NCBI GenBank assembly: GCA_035760865.1
Contig: DASTSE010000378.1
Location: 1-36,463 of the forward strand
DNA: 36,463 nucleotides
Source of the DNA: Dokdonella sp.
GTDB lineage: Bacteria > Pseudomonadota > Gammaproteobacteria > Xanthomonadales > Rhodanobacteraceae
Direction of reading: 5' to 3'
A program made the position numbers and the translations under genes. Of the stretch, positions 28,411 to 36,463 are shown piece by piece (within the stretch, counting starts at the first letter, position 1; each line of letters opens with the position of its first letter). A model generated the notes under the pieces. The model ran no database searches, was not told the DNA's origin, and saw only the letters and a program-made list of their open reading frames with translations.

Positions 28411-28944
28411 TCACAACTCTTCGATCGAAACGTTGTGGTTCGTGTAGATGCAGATGTCGCCGGCGATGCCGAGCGACTTCTCGACGATCGTGCGCGCATC
28501 GAGGCTGCTGTTCTCGAGCAGCGCCTTCGCCGCGGCGAGCGCGTACGGGCCGCCGGAGCCGATCGCGATGATGCCGAGCTCCGGCTCGAGCACGTCGCCG
28601 TTGCCCGATATCAGCAGCGAGGTGTCCTTGTCGGCGACCGCGAGCATCGCCTCGAGGCGGCCGAGGCGGCGGTCGGTGCGCCAGTCCTTGGCGAGTTCGA
28701 CCGCGGCGCGCGTGAGATTCGCGCCGTGCTTGTCGAGCTTGGCTTCGAACAACTCGAACAGGGTGAACGCGTCGGCGGTCGCCCCTGCGAACCCCGCGAG
28801 CACGTCGCCCTTGCCGAGACGGCGGATCTTGCGCGCGTTCGCCTTCATCACGGTGTTGCCGAGCGTGACCTGGCCGTCGCCGCCGATCACGACCTTGCCG
28901 TCGCGGCGCACGGAGACGATGGTTGTCGCGTGGAAGCTTTCCAT
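28411..28944 (-). CDS. hslV: ATP-dependent protease peptidase subunit HslV
   Basis: Short propeptide then TTIVSVRR; [26 protein letters not shown]. Confidence 0.97.
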   Translation of the reverse strand: MESFHATTIVSVRRDGKVVIGGDGQVTLGNTVMKANARKIRRLGKGDVLAGFAGATADAFTLFELFEAKLDKHGANLTRAAVELAKDWRTDRRLGRLEAMLAVADKDTSLLISGNGDVLEPELGIIAIGSGGPYALAAAKALLENSSLDARTIVEKSLGIAGDICIYTNHNVSIEEL

Positions 28945-28969
28945 GGCGGTTCCTGCTGCGGAACGGTGC

Positions 28970-28998
28970 AGATGGGGCCTCGTGACAGCCCTTGCAAG
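28970..28998 (-). promoter_or_regulatory. sigma32 (RpoH) promoter of hslVU
   Basis: Minus strand CTTGCAA-N14-CCCCATCT, against consensus CTTGAAA-N13/14-CCCCATnT. Confidence 0.85.
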
Positions 28999-29015
28999 CC
29001 GGGCAGCGCACGGGA

Positions 29016-29141
29016 TTGAACCACGAAGGACACGAAGAAGACGCTCTGAAAATCACCGCCCGTCCGGGCCATGCGAGCGCAAACCCCGAAGATCGTCTTC
29101 CCTTCGTGTCCTTCGTGTCCTTCGTGTCCTTCGTGGTTCAA
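29016..29141. repeat. 126-bp inverted-repeat element built from 9-bp CACGAAGGA units (REPIN/MITE-like)
   Basis: Perfect 22-bp terminal IR TTGAACCACGAAGGACACGAAG (29016-29037) and CTTCGTGTCCTTCGTGGTTCAA (29120-29141); the right arm has three CTTCGTGTC units. Confidence 0.85.
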
Positions 29142-29160
29142 GCTCTCGCTTCGTTCGGCC

Positions 29161-30081
29161 TCAACCGCCGCCTCGCCGCTTGGCGCGCGGGTGGGCCGCG
29201 TCGTAGACCTTCGCGAGATGCTGGAAATCGAGGTGGGTGTAGATCTGTGTCGTGCCGATGTCGGCATGGCCGAGCAGTTCCTGCACCGCGCGCAGGTCGC
29301 CCGAGGATTCGAGCAGGTGGCTCGCGCACGAATGGCGCAGCAGGTGCGGATACACGCGCTTCCAGACGCCTTGCTCCTGCGCGCGCTTCCTGAGCCGCGC
29401 GCGCACGCCGTTCGGCGTCAGCGGCGCGCCGCGCCGGCCGCGCACGAGCGGATCGTCGTCGCCGCATCCGTCCTGCTCGCGCAGCGCGGCGAGCGCAGCG
29501 AGCGCCTTCGCGCCGACCGGCACGATGCGCGTCTTGTTGCCCTTGCCGGTGACGCGCAGCGACCCGTCGTGCGCATCGAGATCGCGCCAGCGCACGCCGC
29601 AGAGTTCGGCGACGCGCAAGCCGCTCGAGTACAGCAGTTCGAGCAGCGCGCGGTCGCGCACGGATTCGGGGTCGTCGCCGGAAAGCTCGACGAGCGCATT
29701 CATCTCGTCGGTGTCGAGCACCTCGGGCAGCTTGCGCTTGACCTTCGGCGAGCGCAGGCCGGTCGCGGGATTGATCGCGATTTCGCCTTCGCGCGCGAGC
29801 CAGCGGAAGAAGCTGCGCCACGCCGATGCGATGCCGCGCAGCGTCGACGGCGAATAGCCGCGGCTGCGATGCCGCTCGGCCAGCAGCGCCTGCGCCTGGT
29901 CCGGCTTGAGGTCGCGCCAGCGCGAGAGGCCTCGCGCCTCGGCGTGCCCTGCCAGCTGCGCGATCGCGTGCGCGTAGTGCTCGACCGTGCTCGCCGAATA
30001 GCGCCGCTCGTCGCGCAGGTAGTGCAGGAAACGGTCGACCGCCGCGCCGAGGTCGCTGTCGCCCGCGGCGACCGCGTCCAT
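29161..30081 (-). CDS. xerC: Tyrosine recombinase XerC
   Basis: RDRALLELLYSSGLRVAEL, GKGNKTRIVP, HLLRHSCASHLLE, LLGHADIGTTQIYTH; dapF-DUF484-xerC synteny. Confidence 0.94.
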   Translation of the reverse strand: MDAVAAGDSDLGAAVDRFLHYLRDERRYSASTVEHYAHAIAQLAGHAEARGLSRWRDLKPDQAQALLAERHRSRGYSPSTLRGIASAWRSFFRWLAREGEIAINPATGLRSPKVKRKLPEVLDTDEMNALVELSGDDPESVRDRALLELLYSSGLRVAELCGVRWRDLDAHDGSLRVTGKGNKTRIVPVGAKALAALAALREQDGCGDDDPLVRGRRGAPLTPNGVRARLRKRAQEQGVWKRVYPHLLRHSCASHLLESSGDLRAVQELLGHADIGTTQIYTHLDFQHLAKVYDAAHPRAKRRGGG

Positions 30082-30761
30082 CACGCCGGATGGCGCGCGA
30101 TCGCGGTCGAGATCGCTTCGCCGATGAGCTTGAGGAACACCGTTCCCATGCCCGGATGGAAGCGGTTCGCGTCGCGGCTGCCGATCGCGAGCATGCCGGT
30201 CGAACCGATCGGCAGCAGCACGGCCGACTGCACTTCGCCCGCGCGCGCCGCGAACAGCGCATCGAGCTTGTCCTGCTGCAGGCGCCCGCACAGCGGCTCG
30301 GCGCGCTTGAAGAATTCGGAGAACGCCGGGAACGCGACCGCGCCCGCCGGCTCGACGATGAGCCACTCGGCGACCGGCAGGTCCGGGTCCGAGCGGAACA
30401 GCACGAGACGCACGAGATCGGTGTGGAAGTCCTCGGTCAGCGCCGCGACGACGGCGTTGGTCGTTTCCGCGAGGCTGCGCGCGCGCATGAGCGCGAGCGT
30501 GAGCGTGTGCACGCGCACCATCAGCGCCTCGTTCTCGTGCGCGATCTCGACGAGGTCGTGCAGGCGACGGCCGAGTTCGCGGTTCTTGTCGCGCAGCACG
30601 TCGAGCTGATAGCTCGCGAGCGACGCGGCCTGGCCCTGTTCGCGCGGCAACACGAGTGCCATCGCGATGTCGGGGAACTCGCGCAGGAATTCCGGATGAC
30701 GGCGCAGGTAGCTCGCGACTTCCATCGCGTCCAGGCCTTCCTTGATGCTGAGTTCGCTCAT
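30081..30761 (-). CDS. DUF484 (YigA) family protein
   Basis: VASYLRRHPEF, GMLAIGSRDANRFHPGMGTVFL; translationally coupled to dapF and xerC. Confidence 0.9.
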   Translation of the reverse strand: MSELSIKEGLDAMEVASYLRRHPEFLREFPDIAMALVLPREQGQAASLASYQLDVLRDKNRELGRRLHDLVEIAHENEALMVRVHTLTLALMRARSLAETTNAVVAALTEDFHTDLVRLVLFRSDPDLPVAEWLIVEPAGAVAFPAFSEFFKRAEPLCGRLQQDKLDALFAARAGEVQSAVLLPIGSTGMLAIGSRDANRFHPGMGTVFLKLIGEAISTAIARHPA

Positions 30762-31630
30762 GGTTTCCTCGTGGCTTCCGGGGCGACGGCGCCCTTCGCG
30801 GGCTCGGCGATCTCGCCGTCGAACACGAACGCTGCAGGCCCGCGCATCAGGACCGGGTGGCCGGGGCCGTCCCAGCGCACCTCGAGTTCGCCGCCGGGCA
30901 AGGCGACGCGCACGTCGGCGTCGACTTTAGCGCGTCGGCGCAGCACCGCAACCGCGGCGCAGGCGCCGCTGCCGCAGGCGAGCGTTTCGCCGACGCCGCG
31001 CTCCCACACGCGCAGGCGGATCGCGCCTCGCGAAACGACTTCGGCGAAACCGACGTTGCAGCGCTGCGGAAACGCGGACGCGTATTCGATCTGCGGACCG
31101 AGCACGGCGACCGGTGCCGCCGTGACGTCGTCGACCTCGACCAGCGCGTGCGGATTGCCCATCGACACGGCACCGACCTCGACCTCGCGACCGACGACGT
31201 CGATCGCATACGCATCGCTTTCGGCATCGGCCGCGAGCGGTATCGCCACGGGCGCGAAGCGCGGCTCGCCCATGTCGACGCGCACGCTGCCGTCGCCGAG
31301 CAGCTCGACCGCGACCGCACCCGATGGGCTCTCGAGTCGCGTCATGCCCGTGCCGAGCGCACCCTCGCGCGCGAGCCAGGCGGCGACGCAGCGCACGCCG
31401 TTGCCGCACTGGCCCGCGTTCGAACCGTCGGTGTTCCAGATGCCGTAGGCGAAACTGCAGGACGGATCGCGCGCGCGCTCGATCGTGAGCAACTGGTCGA
31501 AACCGATGCCGAAATGGCGATCGCCGAGCCAGCGGATCGCCTTCGCGTCGAGCGCAAAGGGCGTCGCGCGGCAATCGACGACGACGAAGTCGTTGCCGAG
31601 GCCGTGCATCTTGCTGAAACGCAGCGGCAT
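30758..31630 (-). CDS. dapF: Diaminopimelate epimerase
   Basis: FSKMHGLGNDF, QCGNGVRC, SMGNPH, ERGVGETLACGSGACA. Confidence 0.96.
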   Translation of the reverse strand: MPLRFSKMHGLGNDFVVVDCRATPFALDAKAIRWLGDRHFGIGFDQLLTIERARDPSCSFAYGIWNTDGSNAGQCGNGVRCVAAWLAREGALGTGMTRLESPSGAVAVELLGDGSVRVDMGEPRFAPVAIPLAADAESDAYAIDVVGREVEVGAVSMGNPHALVEVDDVTAAPVAVLGPQIEYASAFPQRCNVGFAEVVSRGAIRLRVWERGVGETLACGSGACAAVAVLRRRAKVDADVRVALPGGELEVRWDGPGHPVLMRGPAAFVFDGEIAEPAKGAVAPEATRKP

Positions 31631-31635
31631 GAGGG

Positions 31636-31764
31636 TCAGGGCGTCGCGGTCGGCGTGCCCTGCGGCGGCGTGCCCGGCTTCACGAGCGGGCCCTTGTTGC
31701 CGCAGGACGCGAGCAGCAGCAGCGCGAACAGCAGCGCGGCGCGGGGAAGGTGACGAATCGGCAT
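31636..31764 (-). CDS. lptM: Small lipoprotein LptM (YifL/LppL)
   Basis: MPIRHLPRAALLFALLLLAS-CGNKGPLVKP: lipobox plus CGxKGPL motif, directly upstream of dapF. Confidence 0.85.
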   Translation of the reverse strand: MPIRHLPRAALLFALLLLASCGNKGPLVKPGTPPQGTPTATP

Positions 31765-31860
31765 GGCGGCATCCGGCGTGTGGCCTGGAGCCGGAGTATA
31801 GCGGCGGTTCACCCACGGGGCCGGTATGCTAGCCACCGGATCCTGCGGAGCCGCCCGACG

Positions 31861-32538
31861 ATGTCGCTGACACCGTTCCTCGTCGCACTGTTCGCGATCG
31901 CCGCGCTCTGCCTGCTGTTCGCGACCGGTCACGGCGTGCACGCGCGCCGCCGCTGGCGCGAGCGCCGCCGATTCGCGGCGACCCTGCGACTCGCCTGGTG
32001 CCTGGTGTTCCTCGCGCTCGCGCTGCTCGGCGCGTTCGCCGGCACGGCGCTGCTCGGCTATCGCCGCCTTGCCGCGGAGGTTCCGGTCGCGCATGTCGAG
32101 GCGCGCTCGCTCGGCGCGCAGCGCTATCTCGTCGACATCGCGACCCCGGACGGCGAGCATCGCCAGGTCGAGCTCGCTGGCGACGACTGGCAGCTCGATG
32201 CGCGCGTGATCAAATGGACGCCCCGCGCGGTCATGCTCGGCGCGCAGCCGCTGTACCGGCTCGACCGCGTCGGCGGCCGCTACCGCGACGTCGCACAGGA
32301 GCGCGGCGCGACGAGGACCGTCGTCGCGCTCGACGACGCGCGCTGGCCCGACCTGTGGACGCTCAAGCGCGCGTTCCCGCAGTGGATTCCCTGGGTCGAT
32401 GCCGACTACGGCAGCGCGGCCTACCTGCCGCTCGTCGACGGCGGCCGCTACGACGTCACGCTCGCCGCCGCGGGCGGCCTCGTCGCCCGGCCCGCCGATG
32501 CGGCGACCGCGGAGAAACTGCGCGCCGACCGCGGCTAG
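31861..32538 (+). CDS. Conserved hypothetical membrane protein
   Basis: Two N-terminal TM helices, then a soluble domain (LAGDDWQLDARVIKW, YRLDRVGGRY, DADYGSAAYLP). Confidence 0.75.
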   Translation: MSLTPFLVALFAIAALCLLFATGHGVHARRRWRERRRFAATLRLAWCLVFLALALLGAFAGTALLGYRRLAAEVPVAHVEARSLGAQRYLVDIATPDGEHRQVELAGDDWQLDARVIKWTPRAVMLGAQPLYRLDRVGGRYRDVAQERGATRTVVALDDARWPDLWTLKRAFPQWIPWVDADYGSAAYLPLVDGGRYDVTLAAAGGLVARPADAATAEKLRADRG

Positions 32539-32993
32539 CCGCTCGCGACGAGCGCCTTTTCATATCGGCGTGCGTCGGCGCCGTCCTCGTAGTACGCCGC
32601 GTGCGCGCCGAACGCACGGTAGCCGGCGCGCTCGTACAAGGCTTGCGCGGCGAGGTTGTCGCTCCGTACCTCGAGGCGCAGGCGCCGACTGCCGCGTGCG
32701 CGCGCGGCCTGCTCGGCGGCGTCGAGCAACGCGCGGCCGATTCCGCCGCCGCGCTCGCTCGCCGATACGGCGATCGAATACAGCCGCGCCACGTCGGTAC
32801 CGCGACGATGGAACACGACCGCCGCGCCGACCGGCCGGTCGGCGCGCTCGGCGACGAGGACTTCGGCGCTGGCGCTGCACAGGTGCCGCCGCCACTGCCG
32901 CGCGCTCATGCGATCGAGTGCGAACGTCTCCCGCTCGAGCGCGACCAGCGCGTCGAGGTCTTCGAGGCGCGCACGGCGGACCTGTACCGGCAT
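32535..32993 (-). CDS. GNAT N-acetyltransferase (RimI-like)
   Basis: RLYSIAVSASERGGGIGRALL acetyl-CoA motif; LEVRSDNLAAQALYERAGY; YYEDGADA. Confidence 0.9.
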   Translation of the reverse strand: MPVQVRRARLEDLDALVALERETFALDRMSARQWRRHLCSASAEVLVAERADRPVGAAVVFHRRGTDVARLYSIAVSASERGGGIGRALLDAAEQAARARGSRRLRLEVRSDNLAAQALYERAGYRAFGAHAAYYEDGADARRYEKALVASG

Positions 32994-33264
32994 GGCAGCG
33001 ACGGGTGAAGGACCGGTTTCGACGTTCGCGGGCACGGCGCGCAGCCTAGTGCGCGAACGCTGCGGCCCGCAACCGCGCACGCGCCGCCAAGCGCGGCCTG
33101 CCGCCCGCTGAATCGCGCGTCCGCCGCCCTGCACGCCGGTGCGCGGCTGTGTCAAACTCCGCGCCCGTCATGCCGCTGCAGCCCTCGCCCATCCCGTCGT
33201 CACCGCGGCCCCCTGCAGCGGACCCTGGCGCCCGCCCCCTCGAACCCGCACCCAGGCCTCGCGC

Positions 33265-34749
33265 ATGAGCCGGCTCGTCATCGTCGTGGAAAAGGCCTCG
33301 GACTGGGGGTCGTACTACCCGTCCGACAACGTCGTGACCGCACAGGACTACCTCAAGGAGCCGATCGGCACGGACGATGAGCGCACCCAGGTCATCAACC
33401 TGTGCCGGAGCTACAAGTACCTCGGTACCGGCTACTACGTATCGTTGCTGGCGGAGGCGCGCGGCCACAAGGTGATCCCGTCGGTGCGCACGATCAACGA
33501 CCTGCGCCGGCGTTCGCTGTACGGGCTCGACATCGACGACCTCAACCAGAAGCTCGCCAAGTTCCTTCCCGATGGCGGCCGCGATACGACCGACTTCGGC
33601 GTGCTCGTCTATTTCGGCGAAACCTCGTCGGAAAGCCTCGAAGACATCGTGCGGCAGGTGTTCGAGGCGTTTCCGTGCCCGATCCTGCGCATCGAGTTCG
33701 AGCGCGAGCGCGTCTGGCAGATCGCCGCGATCAAGCCGACCGGTCTGCACACGCTGTCCGATCCGCAGGAGGACGCGTTCGCCCAGTCGCTCGACAAGTT
33801 CTCGAAGAAGCTCTGGCGCAAGCCCCGCGCGCGCAGGAAGTTCCGCTTCGATCTCGCGATGCTCGCCGATCCCGGCGATCCGATGCCGCCGTCGAACAAG
33901 CGCGCGCTGAAGTCGTTCGTCGAAGCGGGTGCCGAACTCGGCATCGAGGTCGATACGCTGACGAAGAACGACTACACGCGTCTCGCCGAGTACGACGGCC
34001 TGTTCATCCGCGAGACGACCGCGCTCGACAACCATACCTACCGCTTCGCGAACAAGGCGGAGAAGGAGGACATGGTCGTCATCGACGATCCGAGCTCGAT
34101 CCTCAAGTGCACGAACAAGATCTACCTGCACGACCTGCTGCGGTCGCGCAAGCTCGCCACGCCGCGCACCGAGATCCTCTACCGCGACGACCCGAAGAAG
34201 CTCGCGGAGCTGCCAGACCTGCTCGGTTTCCCGATCGTGCTCAAGATTCCGGACGGATCGTTCTCGCGCGGCATCGTCAAGGTCGAGAACCCGGCGCAGC
34301 TCAAGGCCGCGGTGGACGACCTGTTCCAGCACACCGCTCTCGTGCTCGCGCAGGAGTTCATGTTCACCGAGTTCGACTGGCGCATCGGCATCCTCAATCG
34401 CGAGCCGTTGTACGCGTGCAAGTACTACATGTCGCGCGGGCACTGGCAGATCTACAACCACGGCGCGAAGGGCACGGCGAAATCGGGCGGGTTCGAGACG
34501 CTGCCGGTGCGATCGGCGCCTGCCGACGTGCTCAAGCTCGCGCTCAAGGCGACCGCGCCGATCGGCGACGGCCTGTACGGCGTCGACCTCAAGCAGGCCG
34601 CCGATCGGCTCGTCGTCATCGAAGTGAACGACAATCCCTCGATCGACGCCGGCGTCGAGGACGCGTACCTCGGCGACGACCTGTATCGGCGCATCATGGA
34701 CGAGTTCCTGCGCCGGATGGAGCGCAAGCGTCTCGGCCAGCGCGGCTGA
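33265..34749 (+). CDS. RimK-family ATP-grasp ligase with N-terminal RLAN domain
   Basis: VINLCRSYKYLGTGYYVSLLAEARGH (RLAN); LFIRETT, VLKIPDGSFSRGI, GVDLK, IEVNDNPSID. Confidence 0.9.
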   Translation: MSRLVIVVEKASDWGSYYPSDNVVTAQDYLKEPIGTDDERTQVINLCRSYKYLGTGYYVSLLAEARGHKVIPSVRTINDLRRRSLYGLDIDDLNQKLAKFLPDGGRDTTDFGVLVYFGETSSESLEDIVRQVFEAFPCPILRIEFERERVWQIAAIKPTGLHTLSDPQEDAFAQSLDKFSKKLWRKPRARRKFRFDLAMLADPGDPMPPSNKRALKSFVEAGAELGIEVDTLTKNDYTRLAEYDGLFIRETTALDNHTYRFANKAEKEDMVVIDDPSSILKCTNKIYLHDLLRSRKLATPRTEILYRDDPKKLAELPDLLGFPIVLKIPDGSFSRGIVKVENPAQLKAAVDDLFQHTALVLAQEFMFTEFDWRIGILNREPLYACKYYMSRGHWQIYNHGAKGTAKSGGFETLPVRSAPADVLKLALKATAPIGDGLYGVDLKQAADRLVVIEVNDNPSIDAGVEDAYLGDDLYRRIMDEFLRRMERKRLGQRG

Positions 34750-34834
34750 TCGCCGCCACGTGCAACTTTAGCGTTGTGCAAATCGTCTAGAATCTGCCGG
34801 CCGCCGGCGTCGCGCGGCGCAAGTGCCTTAGTAC

Positions 34835-36463
34835 ATGCAGATCGGTTCGCGCTCCACCATCCCCCTCGCCACCCTCGCCTGCCTGCTCGCCACCGCGTTC
34901 GTCATGGTTCCGGCGTGGCAGCTGATCGGCCCCGGGCCGTTCAAGTGGCACATCGCACAGCCGGCCTACTGGCAAGGCGGACTCGAAGGCCTCGTGCTCG
35001 TCGCGCTGACCGCAAGTGCATTCGCGCTGTCGTCGCGAAGCGCGCTCCTGCTCGCGACCGCTGCGCTCGCATTGTTCCTGCGCCGGCATGCGGTCGACGT
35101 GCCGCTGCTCATCGACGTGCTCTACCTCGAGATCGTCGTCGGTACCGGCATGGCCGTCCGTCGCCTCTGCGGCGCGCCGGGCGCGCGCGAGACCGCGGAC
35201 TACCTGCATGCGTTCGTGCTCGGCTTCGTCGCATGGAGCATGCTCGCATGGACCGCATCGGCGTTCGCATTCGGCTCGATCCGCGAGCTGCGCGCACTCA
35301 CGCTCGCGCTGGGGCTCGTCGCATCGTTCGGCCGAACGCCGCCGCTGCTCGTGTTCCTCTGGCGCAGCCTGCGCACGCAGCCCCGGGCGGCGAGCGCCTG
35401 GAGCGGCGCGCTCGTCGCGTGGATGGCCGTGCTGTACGCGCGCACGAACGTCGTCTTCGGCTACGACTCGCTGTGGTACGGATTGCGCGGGGAGTACGTG
35501 CTCGACCCCGGCCATTCGGTATTCGAGCCGCTCGGCCTCGTTTCGCCGGTGCACTACTTCCCGAAGCTCCACGAAGTCTTCCTGCTGCCGGTCAGCGCAC
35601 TCGGCGACAGCAGCGTGATCAGCGGCATGTCGATCTGGGTGCTCGTGCTCGTCCTGCTCGCGTGCGCGCGCATCGCCGCGCGCATCGGCCTCGATCCGGC
35701 TGCGCGCATGCCGGTGCTCGCGCTGGTCGCGACCCTGCCCGCGCTCACGGCTACCGCGATCGAGCCCAAGCCCGATGCGCTCGCGCTGCTGTTCGCGCTG
35801 GTCGCGGCCGACGCCGCGCTCGCATTCACGCGCACGCGCTCGCTGTCGGACCTCTGTTGGGTCGTTGCCGGCGCAGCGCTTGCTTGCATGGCCAAGCTGA
35901 CCGCGATCCCGTACGTAGGCATGCTCGCGCTGGGCTGCGGCTGGCTTGCCTGGCGCGCCCGCCCGCTGGCCGAGGGCGGGAATACGACGTCGGACGCGCG
36001 CTTCGCAGCGGCCGGCGCGCTGGTCGTCACGGCGTTCGTGACGGCGCGCACCTGGCTTCTCACCGGCATGCCGACAGTCGGTCCCGATCCGCTGTTCCGC
36101 GCCTGGAGCGCGCTCGGCCTGCGGTTGCGCGAACCGGTCGGCACGCTCGAATGGACGTCGCCGCAGGACTGGTCGACCGTGCCGGGACTGCTCGTCGACT
36201 GGTTGTTCCGCCCGCAGACGATGCCGCACATCGTGATCGCCTGGGTCGGCAACGTCTGGTTCTGGTTCATGCTGCTGGCCGCCATGGGCATGCTGGCTGG
36301 CCGGCGCGCCCGCCACGAGGGCACCGCCGCGTGGCCGCTGTACGCGCTGGTCGGGACCGGTGCCGCGCTCGCGCTCGCGATCCGCTACCAAGTGCGCGGC
36401 AGCGATGGCAACTACTTCCTCGCGGCGTTGCTGCCGGGCCTCCTGCTCGCCGCGAATGCCGCG
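34835..36463 (+). CDS. Polytopic membrane protein, GT-C (ArnT/PMT-like) glycosyltransferase candidate; 3' end beyond the window
   Basis: Translated by hand from ATG 34835 (MQIGSRSTIPLATLACLLATAFV...). Many TM segments with loop motifs GYDSLWYGLR, VHYFPKLHEV, EPKPDALA, MAKLTAIPY. The frame is still open at the window end, so it is missing from the ORF track. Confidence 0.7.
   Translation, partial: MQIGSRSTIPLATLACLLATAFVMVPAWQLIGPGPFKWHIAQPAYWQGGLEGLVLVALTASAFALSSRSALLLATAALALFLRRHAVDVPLLIDVLYLEIVVGTGMAVRRLCGAPGARETADYLHAFVLGFVAWSMLAWTASAFAFGSIRELRALTLALGLVASFGRTPPLLVFLWRSLRTQPRAASAWSGALVAWMAVLYARTNVVFGYDSLWYGLRGEYVLDPGHSVFEPLGLVSPVHYFPKLHEVFLLPVSALGDSSVISGMSIWVLVLVLLACARIAARIGLDPAARMPVLALVATLPALTATAIEPKPDALALLFALVAADAALAFTRTRSLSDLCWVVAGAALACMAKLTAIPYVGMLALGCGWLAWRARPLAEGGNTTSDARFAAAGALVVTAFVTARTWLLTGMPTVGPDPLFRAWSALGLRLREPVGTLEWTSPQDWSTVPGLLVDWLFRPQTMPHIVIAWVGNVWFWFMLLAAMGMLAGRRARHEGTAAWPLYALVGTGAALALAIRYQVRGSDGNYFLAALLPGLLLAANAA

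Noticed and set aside
26960-29056. 698-aa ORF suggesting an HslV-HslU fusion or frameshift
   Set aside because: The upstream part is an off-frame reading of hslV and the repeat spacer. hslV has its own stop at 28411 and hslU its own ATG at 28291.
29016-29141. Repeats as a possible CRISPR array
   Set aside because: Units are 9-bp tandem and inverted, without unique spacers, and there are no cas genes.
29161-30081. Tyrosine recombinase as a possible phage or island integrase
   Set aside because: Canonical dapF-DUF484-xerC context identifies it as housekeeping XerC.
34787-36391. 534-aa minus-strand ORF
   Set aside because: Antisense to the hydrophobic plus-strand frame starting at 34835, which has protein-like motifs.

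Overview
GC-rich chromosomal window from a Xanthomonadales/Rhodanobacteraceae bacterium. The gene set and a C-terminal 'DALFANGFD' motif suggest a Dokdonella-like organism (inference). It is mostly core genome, in this order: tRNA-Gln(CTG) with att-like sequence at its 3' side, rpsI-rplM, a GlcF-like Fe-S protein plus coq7, speD, clp, a DUF5666-like exported protein, an EcsC-like gene, and a gspA(exeA)-gspB-rhomboid-DUF1820 cluster preceded by a CRP/Clp box. Then come DUF3144, signal peptidase I, ctpA-envC-gpmI, a DUF4097-like exported protein, a candidate anti-SD sRNA (sX9-like), a membrane TPR protein, exported M1 and S10 exopeptidases, ubiE and lemA-DUF2207. The last part holds DUF971, a two-repeat hypothetical, hslUV with a clear sigma32 promoter, xerC-DUF484-dapF-lptM, GNAT and RimK-family (RLAN) genes, and a GT-C-like membrane protein that runs off the window end and is absent from the ORF track. 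No CRISPR array, transposase or phage gene is visible. The best leads are: (i) a possible Clp-controlled T2SS-accessory/protein-sorting module (GspAB, rhomboid and DUF1820 near a protein with a D-x-[IL]-F-x-x-G-F-[DE] tail); (ii) the sRNA; (iii) two families of short-unit palindromic repeat elements; (iv) the island junction at tRNA-Gln; (v) the orphan GlcF-like gene next to coq7. All family assignments come from motif recognition, not from database searches.
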